Origin: Chthoniobacteraceae bacterium
GTDB lineage: Bacteria > Verrucomicrobiota > Verrucomicrobiia > Chthoniobacterales > Chthoniobacteraceae
Direction: 5' to 3'
DNA length: 64,000 nucleotides
Assembly (NCBI GenBank): GCA_031409655.1
Contig: JANNXQ010000012.1
Span: forward strand, 43,509-107,508
Part shown: piece by piece, positions 17,903 through 28,188 of the stretch
Numbering within the stretch: position 1 is the stretch's first letter
Layout: every line of letters begins with the position of its first letter
Made by a program: the position numbers and the translations under genes
The notes under the pieces: model-generated
What the model saw: only the letters and a program-made list of their open reading frames with translations
Database searches by the model: none
Told to the model about the DNA's origin: nothing

Positions 17903-19321
17903 GTGTTTGTCCTGCTTCGCCCTGCGTTTTGTGCCTTCCTGTGCTTGTTGTCGGGAGCTTTTGCCGCCGATTCAGGCGCTCTCAGTTTGCTGCGGCAGCT
18001 CGACGAGAGTTTCGTCCAAGTCTTCGAAAAGGTGGCGCCTTCGGTGGTGGTGATCGAAGCGGAGAAAAAGCCGGCGGAGGAGGAAGGCGATGAGGAGAAG
18101 GGCTTCGAGTTTTTCCTCCAGGGGGAAAAGGACGCGCGACGCGATGGCGCAGATCGCCAGTGGACGCTGCCGAATCGCAGCGAGGGCTCGGGTTTCATCA
18201 TCCGCCCGGATGGGCTCATCCTCACGAATCACCATGTCGTCGCGGGCGCGAAGAGCATCAAGGTGCGGCTCAAGGACGGGCGGACTTTCCCTGCCAAGCC
18301 CTTTGCCGAGGACGAGAAAACCGATGTCGCCATCATCCGCATCGAAGCAAAAGGTCTCGTCGCCGCGGAGATCGGCGACAGCGATCGCGTGCGGGTCGGG
18401 CAGCTCGTCTGCGCGATCGGTGCGCCCTTCAGCCAAGCCTTCAGCTTCAGCGTCGGCTGGGTCAGCGGAAAAGGTCGCACGAACCTGCTCAGCCCGACCT
18501 CCAACACCATTTTGTACGAGGACTATTTGCAGACCGATACTTTCATCAATCCCGGGAACAGCGGCGGCCCGCTCTTTGATGTCGATGGCCGCGTCATCGG
18601 CATGAACACCCTGATCAATGGTATCGGGCGCGGCCTGGCCTTTGCCATCCCTTCAAACATGTTTCAGGAAGTCGTGAATGAATTGATCACCCACGGAAAG
18701 GTCCATCGCGCGTGGCTCGGGGTGCGGATCGAGACCCTGAGTGAACACCCCGCGCTGCGCGGGCGGCTGGTCGGAATCGAACAAGGAGTCGTGGTCGAGA
18801 CCATCGAGCCGAATTCGCCGGCCTTTATTAGTAACCTCCGCCCGGACGATGTGATCACCGAGGTGGACGGGGTGAAAGTGGTGGCGAAGCGCGAGCTGCA
18901 GAAGGAAATCTTGAAGAAGAAAGTCGGAGCCACCGTGCAGCTCACCGTCTGGCGGGCGGGCGGCAGTTTGCAAATCCCCGTGACCACCGGCGAACTGCCC
19001 AGCGATCCGGTTGTCGCGATAAAGGCGCGCCCCAAAAAATCTGGGAGCGACGCGAAATCCGAGAGCCTCGGCCTGAGACTCCGCGACGCCAAGCCCGACG
19101 GGGCGCTGGTGGAGAGCGTCACTCCTGGAAGCCCCGCGGATCGGGCGCTGATGCAGGGCGAAGATGTGATCAAAGAAGTGGAAGGTCGCGCCGTCCGGGA
19201 CGCGGCCGCAGCGGCGGGAGCCATCGGCGATCGAGTCCGTACTGCGGGGGACAAGACCGTCTCGCTGTCCATCGAACGGAAGGGGAAACGGATCCTCGTC
19301 GCGATCACGCCGGACGTTTAG
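17903..19321 (+). CDS. DegP/HtrA family serine protease with two PDZ domains
   Basis: Signal peptide, GSGFII, TNHHV, DVAII, INPGNSGGPL, PDZ AWLGV. GTG start inferred. Confidence 0.92.
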   Translation: MFVLLRPAFCAFLCLLSGAFAADSGALSLLRQLDESFVQVFEKVAPSVVVIEAEKKPAEEEGDEEKGFEFFLQGEKDARRDGADRQWTLPNRSEGSGFIIRPDGLILTNHHVVAGAKSIKVRLKDGRTFPAKPFAEDEKTDVAIIRIEAKGLVAAEIGDSDRVRVGQLVCAIGAPFSQAFSFSVGWVSGKGRTNLLSPTSNTILYEDYLQTDTFINPGNSGGPLFDVDGRVIGMNTLINGIGRGLAFAIPSNMFQEVVNELITHGKVHRAWLGVRIETLSEHPALRGRLVGIEQGVVVETIEPNSPAFISNLRPDDVITEVDGVKVVAKRELQKEILKKKVGATVQLTVWRAGGSLQIPVTTGELPSDPVVAIKARPKKSGSDAKSESLGLRLRDAKPDGALVESVTPGSPADRALMQGEDVIKEVEGRAVRDAAAAAGAIGDRVRTAGDKTVSLSIERKGKRILVAITPDV

Positions 19322-19379
19322 TGCGGCGGCAGGGACGGGAAGCTTGGTATCTTCCCGCGGAAAGCTATTTGTCTGCTTT

Positions 19380-20849
19380 GTGCGTGAATCCACCCCCAAG
19401 CCCGCTGGCCTCAATCTCCGGCTGAAGATCATTCTCGCGATGGCGGTCGTCGCGCTCGTCGTGGTGGCGGCGATCCTTTTCACGACCTACCGCGCCCGCC
19501 AGAAGCAACTGCTCACCGAGTTTCAGTACTTCGTGCGGAGCGCCGCGGGCACTACCGCGCTGGCCCTGCGGGGCGGAGATCTCGCTGGCATCCGCACGAA
19601 TGACGATGCGCGCAAGCCAGAGTTCCTCCGCGTGCGCGCCATGCTCGAGCATTCCCGAAGGATCAATGGACTCGAGGAGCATGAAATTTACATCCTCCGT
19701 CCCATCGACGAGGGACGGGAGACGGAGTTTGTGGTCATGCTGCAGCGCGAGCCTTTTATCGGGAATCGCTACCGCATCCGCGAAGAGAATGTCGCCCCGC
19801 TCCTCGCGGCTTGGCAGACTTTGGAACCCACGAGCACGGGCATCTACCGCGACGAGCACGGCACCTGGATCAGCGGCTACGCGCCGATCCTGGACGCGAG
19901 TGATAAGCCGGTGGCGATCATTGAAGTGGATGCCGAAATGAGCCGCTATTTCATGAAGCAGCGCGAGGAACTGCTCTTCTCCATCGCCGTCGCGGCCGGT
20001 GCCTTGCTCGTCGCCATGGTGCCGGGCTTGATCCTCGCCAGCGGGATCACCGGCGGCTTGAAGCGCCTCTCGGCTGGGATGCGCCGCTTCCAATCCGGCG
20101 ACCCTGGCGTGCGCGTCGAGGCGCGGAGCGGCGATGAGATCGGGCAGCTTGCGGGGGTTTTCAATGACATGATCATAGGCCTCGAGGAAAAGCTCGCGCT
20201 GCTCCCCTACGTCTCGCGTTTCACCGCCGAAGCCGTCCGCCGCAGCCGGGATCAGCCCGATCTGCTCACTGGCGCCGAGGCGGAAGTCTATGTGCTCTTC
20301 GCCGATCTCCGCGGGTTCACGCGCTTCAGCGAACAGCGCGCGGCGAGCGTGCTGGTGCGGGAACTCAACCAACTCCTCAGCGTGCAGGCCGATGTGGTGA
20401 TCGGCGCGGGCGGCGATGTGGATAAGTTCATCGGCGACGCGGTCATGGCCGTTTTCCTCGAGCAAGACGATGCGGCGGCCCGGGTCTTCGAATGCGCGCA
20501 GCGACTGATTGCGCGCGTGCGCGCAGAAGTGGAGCGGAATGGCTGGCCGCTGGCCTTGGGGATCGGCATCCATCGGGGGAGCGCCGTCGTCGGCTCGATC
20601 GGCAGTGCTTCGCGGCGCGACTTTACCGCGATCGGCCACACCGTGAATCTCGCCGCACGCCTCTGCGACCACGCCGCTCCGTGGGAAATCCTCGTCACCT
20701 TGGATTTCCGCGATGCCCTGCCGCCTGCCGTCAGTGCGCAGTTCATCGTGACCGAGCCCATGGCCTTCAAGAATGTCGCGCAGCGGGTCGAGACCTACCG
20801 CTGTTCCGGACTCCCGAAGGTTCCGGGAGCGACTTCGAGCGTCGCGTAG
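19380..20849 (+). CDS. Membrane-bound class III adenylate/guanylate cyclase with HAMP domain
   Basis: Two TMs, Cache-like periplasmic domain (YRDEHGTWISGYAPI), HAMP DEIGQLA..FN, FADLRGFT, DKFIGDAVMA, TVNLAARL. Start uncertain. Confidence 0.9.
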   Translation: MRESTPKPAGLNLRLKIILAMAVVALVVVAAILFTTYRARQKQLLTEFQYFVRSAAGTTALALRGGDLAGIRTNDDARKPEFLRVRAMLEHSRRINGLEEHEIYILRPIDEGRETEFVVMLQREPFIGNRYRIREENVAPLLAAWQTLEPTSTGIYRDEHGTWISGYAPILDASDKPVAIIEVDAEMSRYFMKQREELLFSIAVAAGALLVAMVPGLILASGITGGLKRLSAGMRRFQSGDPGVRVEARSGDEIGQLAGVFNDMIIGLEEKLALLPYVSRFTAEAVRRSRDQPDLLTGAEAEVYVLFADLRGFTRFSEQRAASVLVRELNQLLSVQADVVIGAGGDVDKFIGDAVMAVFLEQDDAAARVFECAQRLIARVRAEVERNGWPLALGIGIHRGSAVVGSIGSASRRDFTAIGHTVNLAARLCDHAAPWEILVTLDFRDALPPAVSAQFIVTEPMAFKNVAQRVETYRCSGLPKVPGATSSVA

Positions 20850-20954
20850 CGCGGGCTTGCATTGGGGGAAGCCCTTCATTATGGAAATTACCGCCCGCGC
20901 TGGCGGCCTCCAGCTCAAAGCAGCTTTCGACACCTTCACTGACTCTCCCTAATC

Positions 20955-22235
20955 ATGCACCTTCCGACCCTCCGCGTGTTCACGGCGATCCTCGCCATCT
21001 CCCTCTTTCAGGTCCTCGCAGCCCAGGCGGATGTCGTGACGGATTGGAATACCATCGCCCTCCAGGCGATCAAAACGGACAAGACGCCGCCGCCAAAAGC
21101 TTCGCGCGCCCTCGCGATTCTCCACGTCGCGATCTATGACGCCATCGGCGCCACCACCAAGACGCATGACCCCTATCTCGTTAGTTGGCGGGCGCCGCGA
21201 GTCGTCTCCGTGGATGCGGCCGTGGCCGCCGCTGCGCGCGCCGTGCTCGTGCAGCTCTATCCCGCCCAAGCGCCCACCTTCGACACCGCCTATGCAAATG
21301 CCATCGCGACCCTGCCGAAGAGCACCGGTCGCCAGGCCGGAATCGCGTGGGGCGAATACGTCGCCAAGCGAGTGCTCGCGCATCGCGCGAATGATGGGGC
21401 CAGTGCCGTCGTTACTTACACGCCTGGCACTGCGCCTGGTGATTGGCAGCCCACGCCACCGGCACTCGCCGCCGCGCTCCTCCCCCAGTGGCCAAAGGTC
21501 CGCCCGTTCGTGATGAACAGCGGTCACCATTTTCGCCCGCCCCCACCGCCGCAGTTAGCCACCGCGCTCTACGCCTTTGACTTTAATCTCGTGAAAGATC
21601 TCGGCTCGAAAACCAGCACCACGCGCACTGCGGAGCAGTCCGCGATCGCGACTTTCTGGGCAGATGGTGGCGGGACGGTGACGCCTCCCGGGCACTGGAA
21701 TGTGATCGCCCGCGATGTGGCGAATGTCCGCGGAAACACGGTCGCGCAAAATGCCCGCCTTTTCGCGCTCCTCAATGTCGCTCTCGCCGATGCCGCGATC
21801 TGCTCGTGGGATTGTAAATACTCGGACAATCTCTGGCGCCCGATCACCGCCATCCGCGCCGCCGACACCGATGGCAACAGCGCCACCAGCGCGGATCCCA
21901 CCTGGACGCCGTTCCTCGTGACCCCGCCCTTTCCGGAGTACATCTCCGGTCACAGCACCTTCAGCGGCGCCGCCGCCACGGTTCTCGCGAGCTTCTTCGG
22001 GGCGGACGATATCCCCTTCACGACCACCTCCGAAGATTTGCCCGGCGTGACGCGTTCCTTTAACTCCTTCTGGGAAGCCGCTGCGGAAGCCGGCCTCAGC
22101 CGGGTCTTCGGAGGCATCCATTTCATGTCCGGCAATCAGCAGGGTCTCCAGTCCGGCGCGCGGCTCGGTGCCTTTGTCACGGAAAATGTCTTTGGTGAAT
22201 GCGTGGGTCGCCCGCCCCGGACGGCTAAGCAGTAA
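20955..22235 (+). CDS. Secreted vanadium-dependent haloperoxidase / PAP2 superfamily protein
   Basis: Signal peptide, DVVTDWN, K......RP (WDCKYSDNLWRPIT), PPFPEYISGHS, SRVFGGIHF. Confidence 0.85.
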   Translation: MHLPTLRVFTAILAISLFQVLAAQADVVTDWNTIALQAIKTDKTPPPKASRALAILHVAIYDAIGATTKTHDPYLVSWRAPRVVSVDAAVAAAARAVLVQLYPAQAPTFDTAYANAIATLPKSTGRQAGIAWGEYVAKRVLAHRANDGASAVVTYTPGTAPGDWQPTPPALAAALLPQWPKVRPFVMNSGHHFRPPPPPQLATALYAFDFNLVKDLGSKTSTTRTAEQSAIATFWADGGGTVTPPGHWNVIARDVANVRGNTVAQNARLFALLNVALADAAICSWDCKYSDNLWRPITAIRAADTDGNSATSADPTWTPFLVTPPFPEYISGHSTFSGAAATVLASFFGADDIPFTTTSEDLPGVTRSFNSFWEAAAEAGLSRVFGGIHFMSGNQQGLQSGARLGAFVTENVFGECVGRPPRTAKQ

Positions 22236-22322
22236 CCGCGGGCGCGGAGGTAGTCTGCGCAGCGAGGGCCGGTAGGCAGAAGTTGCCGGGCGGTGGCACC
22301 ACCCTTGCTCTGCTAGGCGGGA

Positions 22323-24503
22323 GTGCGCCACCACTCCCCAACCTCCGACATTGCCGAAGGACTCCGCCATCATCAGGCAGGGCGTCTGGAAGAGGCGGCA
22401 AAAAATTACCGGCAAATCCTGACGGAAGACCCCGAGCAGCCGGATGCGCTGCACCTTCTCGGAGTGGTCGCGGGGAGCATCGGTCAGCTCGATGAGGCCG
22501 TCGAACTCATCTCGCAGTCGCTGCGTGTGAACCCCAACAATGCCTCCGCGATTAACAATCTCGCAGGGGTGCTGAAGGATCAGGCGCGATATCCCGAAGC
22601 CATCGAATTTTACGAAGCCGCCATCGCGGCGGCGCCGAACGAAAGCTACATCCACAGCAATCTCGGCAACGCCCTGCGTGACGCCGGACGACTCGAAGAA
22701 GCAGGAACGTGCCATCGGCGCGCCCTCGAACTAAGTCCCGATTCGTACGCGGCGCTTAGCAATCTAGGCTCCGTGCTCGACGCCCAGGGTCGGCTCGCTG
22801 AGGCGGTGGAGTGCTTTCGTCGCGCCTTGCAGCTCAACCCCGACAGCCACGAGACGCACGTCAATCTTGGCGTGACTTTGAAACGGGAAGGTCGGCTCTC
22901 GGAGGCGGAGGAGTGCCTGCGCCGCGCGCTCGATCTTCAGCCGCGCTCCGATGCCGCGCTGGCAAATCTCGGTTCCCTAATGCTCCAGCAGGGGCGCGTG
23001 GAGGAAGCCTTCGTCACGCTGGAACTCGCCCTCAGCGTCAATCCGCGGTCGGCCGTCGCGCTGATCAACATGGGCAATGTCCTCAAGGACCTGGGCCGAT
23101 TCGCGGCGGCGCTGGAGTGCCTGCAAGCGGCCGTCCAGCTCGCCCCGAGATCCCATCTCGCGCACAATAATCTCGGCACCGTTCTCAATGAACTCGGTCG
23201 CGCTGCCGAAGCCGCGGAATGCTTCCGCCGCGCTCTCGAGCTTCAACCCGACTACCACTGGGCGCACAGCAACCTGCTTTTCACGCTGCAATATCTGCCG
23301 GGGATCGATCGCGCGGAACTCTTCGCTGACCACCGTCGCTACGACGAAAAATATGCGCGCCATTTTACCGAGCGCGCTGCGTCGCACCCGAATGCGCGCG
23401 ATCCGAATCGCCGCCTGCGCATTGGTTACGTCTCCGGTGATTTCCGCGAACACTCCGTCGCCTTCTTCATCGAGCCCGTCCTCGCCAGTCATGATCGCGA
23501 TCAGTTCGAGGTCTTCTGCTACGCGAACCAGGTCGGCAATGACGCGATGACCGCCCGCTTGCGGGCGCTGGTCCCGCATTGGCGCGAGGTTGCGTCGCTC
23601 AGTGACGACGCCCTCGCGGCCCGCATCCGCCGCGACGAGATCGACATCCTCGTCGATCTCTCCGGCCACACCGCGCGCCATCGCCTGCTCACCTTTGCCC
23701 GCAAACCCGCGCCCATCCAGGTGACGATGATCGGCTACATGCACAACACGGGGCTGAGCGCGATGGACTATCGCATCACCGACGTGACTCTCGACCCGCC
23801 CGGCACGAGCGAGACCTTGAATTCCGAAGAACTCATCCGCCTCCCGGCAGGCGCTGCGACTTTCCGCCCGCCGGCCGAATGCCCTCCGGTCAACGACCTC
23901 CCGGCACTGACGAGTGGTTACGTGACTTTTGGGTCGTTTAACAATCTCGCGAAGGTCACGCCCGAAGTGATCGCGACGTGGGCGCAAATCCTGACGGCGG
24001 TGCCAGGCTCGCGCCTTCTGGTCGTCGGTCGTGGCGGCAATGCTGTGAAGCCAGAGATGGAAGCGCACGGCATCGCCGCGGAGCGCGTTGAAGCGATCGA
24101 TCGTCAGCCACTGCGGAAATTCCTCGAATTGCATCACCGCGTCGATCTTACCCTCGACACGTTTCCCTACAACGGCGGCACCACTGGCTTGATCGCGATC
24201 TGGATGGGAGCGCCTTTTGTTACCCTCGACAGTGGCCACACCACGGGACAAGCGGGCGGCGGGCTGCTCCGCCCCATCGGGCTCGCTCAACTCATCGCTG
24301 CTGACCCTGCAGATTATGCGGCGAAGGCCGTGGAGGCCGTGTCCGATCTCCCTCGTCTCGGGGAGTGGCGGTGTTCCTTGCGCGGTCGCATCGCACCATT
24401 GCTCGGTGGTGGCGAGGCTTACACCGGTCAGCTCGAAGCCGCCTACCGCGACAAGTGGCGGACGTGGTGCGCCCGGGAGGTGCCCGTGAACAACTACTCA
24501 TGA
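22323..24503 (+). CDS. TPR-containing SPINDLY/OGT-like protein glycosyltransferase (GT41)
   Basis: About nine TPRs, then RLRIGYVSGDFREHSV, DILVDLSGHT, KPAPIQVT, FGSFNNLAKV, LDTFPYNGGTT. Confidence 0.92.
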   Translation: MRHHSPTSDIAEGLRHHQAGRLEEAAKNYRQILTEDPEQPDALHLLGVVAGSIGQLDEAVELISQSLRVNPNNASAINNLAGVLKDQARYPEAIEFYEAAIAAAPNESYIHSNLGNALRDAGRLEEAGTCHRRALELSPDSYAALSNLGSVLDAQGRLAEAVECFRRALQLNPDSHETHVNLGVTLKREGRLSEAEECLRRALDLQPRSDAALANLGSLMLQQGRVEEAFVTLELALSVNPRSAVALINMGNVLKDLGRFAAALECLQAAVQLAPRSHLAHNNLGTVLNELGRAAEAAECFRRALELQPDYHWAHSNLLFTLQYLPGIDRAELFADHRRYDEKYARHFTERAASHPNARDPNRRLRIGYVSGDFREHSVAFFIEPVLASHDRDQFEVFCYANQVGNDAMTARLRALVPHWREVASLSDDALAARIRRDEIDILVDLSGHTARHRLLTFARKPAPIQVTMIGYMHNTGLSAMDYRITDVTLDPPGTSETLNSEELIRLPAGAATFRPPAECPPVNDLPALTSGYVTFGSFNNLAKVTPEVIATWAQILTAVPGSRLLVVGRGGNAVKPEMEAHGIAAERVEAIDRQPLRKFLELHHRVDLTLDTFPYNGGTTGLIAIWMGAPFVTLDSGHTTGQAGGGLLRPIGLAQLIAADPADYAAKAVEAVSDLPRLGEWRCSLRGRIAPLLGGGEAYTGQLEAAYRDKWRTWCAREVPVNNYS

Positions 24504-25666
24504 AACGCATCGAACGTCTCAAGGCCCGCCTCGTCGCCGCCGCCGATCAAGCCCGCCGCAATCCCTCCTTTGGCCTGCCCTCCTGGGCTGATGAGAGCGT
24601 GCTCGCATCGCTCTGCAGCCGTCCCATCGTCTGCTGCGGCACCGGGTTTTGGGCGCAGGAGTTTTTGCGGAATGCGCGCGATCTCGACGTGATCGCGCTG
24701 GTCGATGATTGCCACGGCGGGAAGCAGATCCTCGGGCTGCCATGCCTCGACACCGCCGGCTTCCTGAAACTCCTGGCGAAGCGCCCTGACGTCGTCTGTA
24801 TCAACACCGGCCAAAGCGACGCCGGCTACAGCCACTTTGAGCGCCTCGGTCTCGAGCACGGACTGAAGATGCTCGATTGTCTGCAAGCGGTGCGCGCGTT
24901 TCGTTTCACGCCCGACATTCGTGTGGCCGACTGGCTCAACCCGATTGTCACCCGCATAGACGAATTTCTCGCCGTCGGCGAACGCCTTGCCGACCCACTC
25001 TCCGTCGAGACGCTCTACTCGGTGTTGCTCTATCACCTCGAGACCGACCGCGAGCACCTGCTCTCGGTCAATCGTCCTGGCGAGGCGACTTACTTTCGTT
25101 CAGGTCTCTTCACCATTCGCGACCGCGAGTCCTATGTCGATTGCGGTGCGTTCGACGGCGATAGCGTGCAGCAATTTATTCGAGTTGCGAAGGGGAAGTT
25201 TCATCGCATCCACGCCTTCGAACCCGACCCTCAGAATTTCGCCGGGCTTTCCTCATGGCTCGCTTCGGAGCCGCGTTACACCGACCGCGTCTCGGTGCAT
25301 CAAAAGGCTGTGGGCAGTTCCAACGGATCGATCCAACTGAGTTCGACCGGGGATGCCGGCGCCTGTGTGCCGCTCTCCTCGAACGGTGCTGCGACCTGCA
25401 CCGTGGATCTTGTAACTTTGGACGGGGCGGTCGATGGCCCGATCTCCCTTTTGAAACTCGACGTCGAAGGACACGAAATCGAAATCCTGCGCGGCGCTGT
25501 CGGACACCTCGAACACAACGGGCCTCGCCTCGCCATCTGCGCCTATCATCTGCCTGGAGATCTGATCGATCTGCCCGCCTTCATCGAGCAACTCGACATC
25601 GGCTATCGCATCGGTATTCGCCACCATAGCGCCACGCGCTACGACACCGTGCTCTACGCATTTTGA
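24500..25666 (+). CDS. FkbM family methyltransferase
   Basis: YVDCGAFDGDS, AFEPDPQN, LKLDVEGHE, LAICAYH; ATGA overlap with the GT41 stop. Confidence 0.9.
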   Translation: MKRIERLKARLVAAADQARRNPSFGLPSWADESVLASLCSRPIVCCGTGFWAQEFLRNARDLDVIALVDDCHGGKQILGLPCLDTAGFLKLLAKRPDVVCINTGQSDAGYSHFERLGLEHGLKMLDCLQAVRAFRFTPDIRVADWLNPIVTRIDEFLAVGERLADPLSVETLYSVLLYHLETDREHLLSVNRPGEATYFRSGLFTIRDRESYVDCGAFDGDSVQQFIRVAKGKFHRIHAFEPDPQNFAGLSSWLASEPRYTDRVSVHQKAVGSSNGSIQLSSTGDAGACVPLSSNGAATCTVDLVTLDGAVDGPISLLKLDVEGHEIEILRGAVGHLEHNGPRLAICAYHLPGDLIDLPAFIEQLDIGYRIGIRHHSATRYDTVLYAF

Positions 25667-25670
25667 GTCG

Positions 25671-26867
25671 ATGACGCCGCTCATTCCACCTGCTGGCTAC
25701 TTTGATGCTGCGACGTTTGCCGCGGAACGCGAGCGTGTGTTTTTGCGGAATTGGCTCTTCGCTGGCACCACCGCGCAATTGCTGAATCATGAAGACTACC
25801 GGCGCATTGAGATCTGCGGCGTGTCCGTGATCCTGCAAAATTTCCACGGCGAGATAAAGGCGTTCAACAACGTCTGCACGCACCGCTTCGCCCGGATCCA
25901 CGCGGAGCCCGCTGGCAACCGGCCCCTCAAGTGCCGGTATCACGGCTGGATCTACAATGGCGAAGGACTGCCCTACGCGATCCCACGCAAACCGTTCATC
26001 TCCGAGATCACGCCCGCGACACTGTGCGACTACCGGCTAAGTCGCTGGCACGTCCGAACCGTCGGCCCGCTCATCTTCATCAAGAAGGAGGATGCTGGCG
26101 AGGCGCTGGCCGACGACGACTTCGACGCGCAACTCGACGAATATGCCGCGCCCTTGGCGCAACTCGCCGCAGCTTGCGGAGAACTCGTCGAGCAGACGGA
26201 TTACGAAGTGAAGGCAAACTGGAAGCTCGTCGTGGAAAACACGCTCGAGGGCTACCACGTCGATTGCGTTCATCCAAATACGATCCGCAAGCTCGGGATG
26301 AGTGGCCTGACAAAAGTAACGAACGACGAGGCGCCCAGTTCCGCGCCTGCTCTGGGCAGTCGCTTCGACTTCGCCGGACAAAACTCCGCCGTCTTCTCGC
26401 CGCTAAATCCCGAGGTCTCGGCTCGCATGGATCGAACTTACAAATTTCTCGCAGGCCGTCCGCAGCAGCTCGACGGCTACCGCCACTACTACTTCTTCCC
26501 GAATTTTGTCATCGCCTCCACACGGGGCGAGTCCTTCAGCATCCAGCGCGTCCTGCCGATCGACGAGCAGACGACGCAACTCTCCAGCTTCCTTTTTGCC
26601 ACGAATGGTCTCGGCGATCTCACGAAGATGGAAGCGGCACTGCGGAAGCAGTTCTACCAATCCGCCGCGGAGTTTGTGCAGGCCATTTTCGTCGAGGATG
26701 GCGCCATCTGTGAAGAGGTGCAGCGTGGCGTCGCCTTTGCGCACACGGCCGGGGTGCTCAGCGACGAAGAGGAACGTATCTGCGCCTTTCACACCGCCTA
26801 CCGCCACGCCCTCAATCCGCGCTGGAGCACAGCCGTCCCGGCGGTGCTCCGTGGCGCGACCCGATAA
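25671..26867 (+). CDS. Rieske non-heme iron oxygenase alpha subunit
   Basis: Rieske CTH...CRYH; mononuclear iron site ENTLEGYHVDCVH...ED. Confidence 0.92.
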   Translation: MTPLIPPAGYFDAATFAAERERVFLRNWLFAGTTAQLLNHEDYRRIEICGVSVILQNFHGEIKAFNNVCTHRFARIHAEPAGNRPLKCRYHGWIYNGEGLPYAIPRKPFISEITPATLCDYRLSRWHVRTVGPLIFIKKEDAGEALADDDFDAQLDEYAAPLAQLAAACGELVEQTDYEVKANWKLVVENTLEGYHVDCVHPNTIRKLGMSGLTKVTNDEAPSSAPALGSRFDFAGQNSAVFSPLNPEVSARMDRTYKFLAGRPQQLDGYRHYYFFPNFVIASTRGESFSIQRVLPIDEQTTQLSSFLFATNGLGDLTKMEAALRKQFYQSAAEFVQAIFVEDGAICEEVQRGVAFAHTAGVLSDEEERICAFHTAYRHALNPRWSTAVPAVLRGATR

Positions 26868-26888
26868 CTCACACCAAACATACAACCC

Positions 26889-27134
26889 ATGGAAATCCAC
26901 CAATTCGTCCGCCACTTCGAAAACGCCATTGAAGGCATCGAGCCCGATTCACTGACGCCCGACACTAAGTACCATCTGCTCGCGCAGTGGGATTCGCTCG
27001 GGCTCCTTTGCCTCCTCGCCATGATCGACTGCGAATACAATGCGCAGGTTCCCGGCATGGAGCTGAAGAGTTGCGACACCCTGCGCGACCTCTTCGATCT
27101 CGTCTGCTCAAAGCTCCACGTCCAGGCCGCCTGA
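26889..27134 (+). CDS. Acyl carrier protein
   Basis: 81 aa, acidic, WDSLG phosphopantetheine site, TLRDLFD. Confidence 0.88.
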   Translation: MEIHQFVRHFENAIEGIEPDSLTPDTKYHLLAQWDSLGLLCLLAMIDCEYNAQVPGMELKSCDTLRDLFDLVCSKLHVQAA

Positions 27135-27135
27135 T

Positions 27136-28188
27136 ATGGCCCTCGCCGTCTTGCGCCGCGTGCGGATCGCCGGAGTCGCGTCCGCCGTCCCAAAGGAAGT
27201 GGTGTCCAATTCGGACTACACCGTCCTTTCTGAGGAGCAGCGCGAGAAGATCATCAAGTACACCGGCATCCGCTACCGCCGCTGGGCGCCGAAGGAGCTC
27301 TGCTGCTCCGATCTTTGCCAGGCCTCCGCTGAGAAGTTGATCGCGGAGCTTTCCTGGAATCGTGAAAGCATCGGCGCGGTCGTCTTTGTCTCGCAGACGC
27401 CGGACTATCCATTCCCCGCCACTGCACAGCTTCTCCAGCATCGACTCGGCCTTTCAAAGTCGTGCCTCGCCTTTGACGTGAATCTCGGTTGCTCCGGCTA
27501 CACCTACGGCCTCCACATCCTCGGCAGTTTGCTCGAAGCCTCCGGCATGAAGCGCGGACTGCTGCTCGCGGGCGATGTCTCGAAAATGCACGGCGATAGC
27601 GATCCGGCGAGTGCGGTGCTCTTTGGCCACGCGGCCACGGCCACCGCGATGGAGTTCTCTCCCGGGACCAAGCCGCTCTACTTCGACATCGGCAGCGATG
27701 GCGGCGGACACAAAGTCATCTACGTGCCCGCCGGTGGCTGCCGGAATCCGGTCGGTGCGCAATCCTTCCAGAAAGCCTCGCTCGAAAGTGGCGGTGCGCG
27801 CGGCGAGACCGACGTCGTCCTCGACGCCGCGGAGATCATCAATTTCACCATGCGCGAAGTGAGCGTCTCCATTAAGCGGCTGTTGGAATTCGCGGGACGC
27901 ACCGTGCCCGACATCGACGCCTACGTCTTTCATCAGGCGAATCAATTCATCAACAGCCAAGTCGCGCGGAAGATCGGCATCAAGGCCGATAAGGCACCCA
28001 CGACGCTCTACGATTTTGGGAACACCAGCTCGGCGACCATCCCGCTCACCATCACCGCGAAGCTCCGCGAGCGCATCGCCGCCGGGCCGCAGAAAGTCGT
28101 GATGTCCGGTTTCGGCGTAGGGCTTTCGTGGGCCTCGACTTACTGGGAGGCGGAGGACGTGGCGTGTCCGGAACTCGTCGAAGTATGA
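27136..28188 (+). CDS. Ketoacyl-ACP synthase III (FabH-like), intact Cys-His-Asn triad
   Basis: TGIRYRR, DVNLGCSGY, VFHQAN, FGNTSSA, GFGVGLSW. Confidence 0.92.
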   Translation: MALAVLRRVRIAGVASAVPKEVVSNSDYTVLSEEQREKIIKYTGIRYRRWAPKELCCSDLCQASAEKLIAELSWNRESIGAVVFVSQTPDYPFPATAQLLQHRLGLSKSCLAFDVNLGCSGYTYGLHILGSLLEASGMKRGLLLAGDVSKMHGDSDPASAVLFGHAATATAMEFSPGTKPLYFDIGSDGGGHKVIYVPAGGCRNPVGAQSFQKASLESGGARGETDVVLDAAEIINFTMREVSVSIKRLLEFAGRTVPDIDAYVFHQANQFINSQVARKIGIKADKAPTTLYDFGNTSSATIPLTITAKLRERIAAGPQKVVMSGFGVGLSWASTYWEAEDVACPELVEV

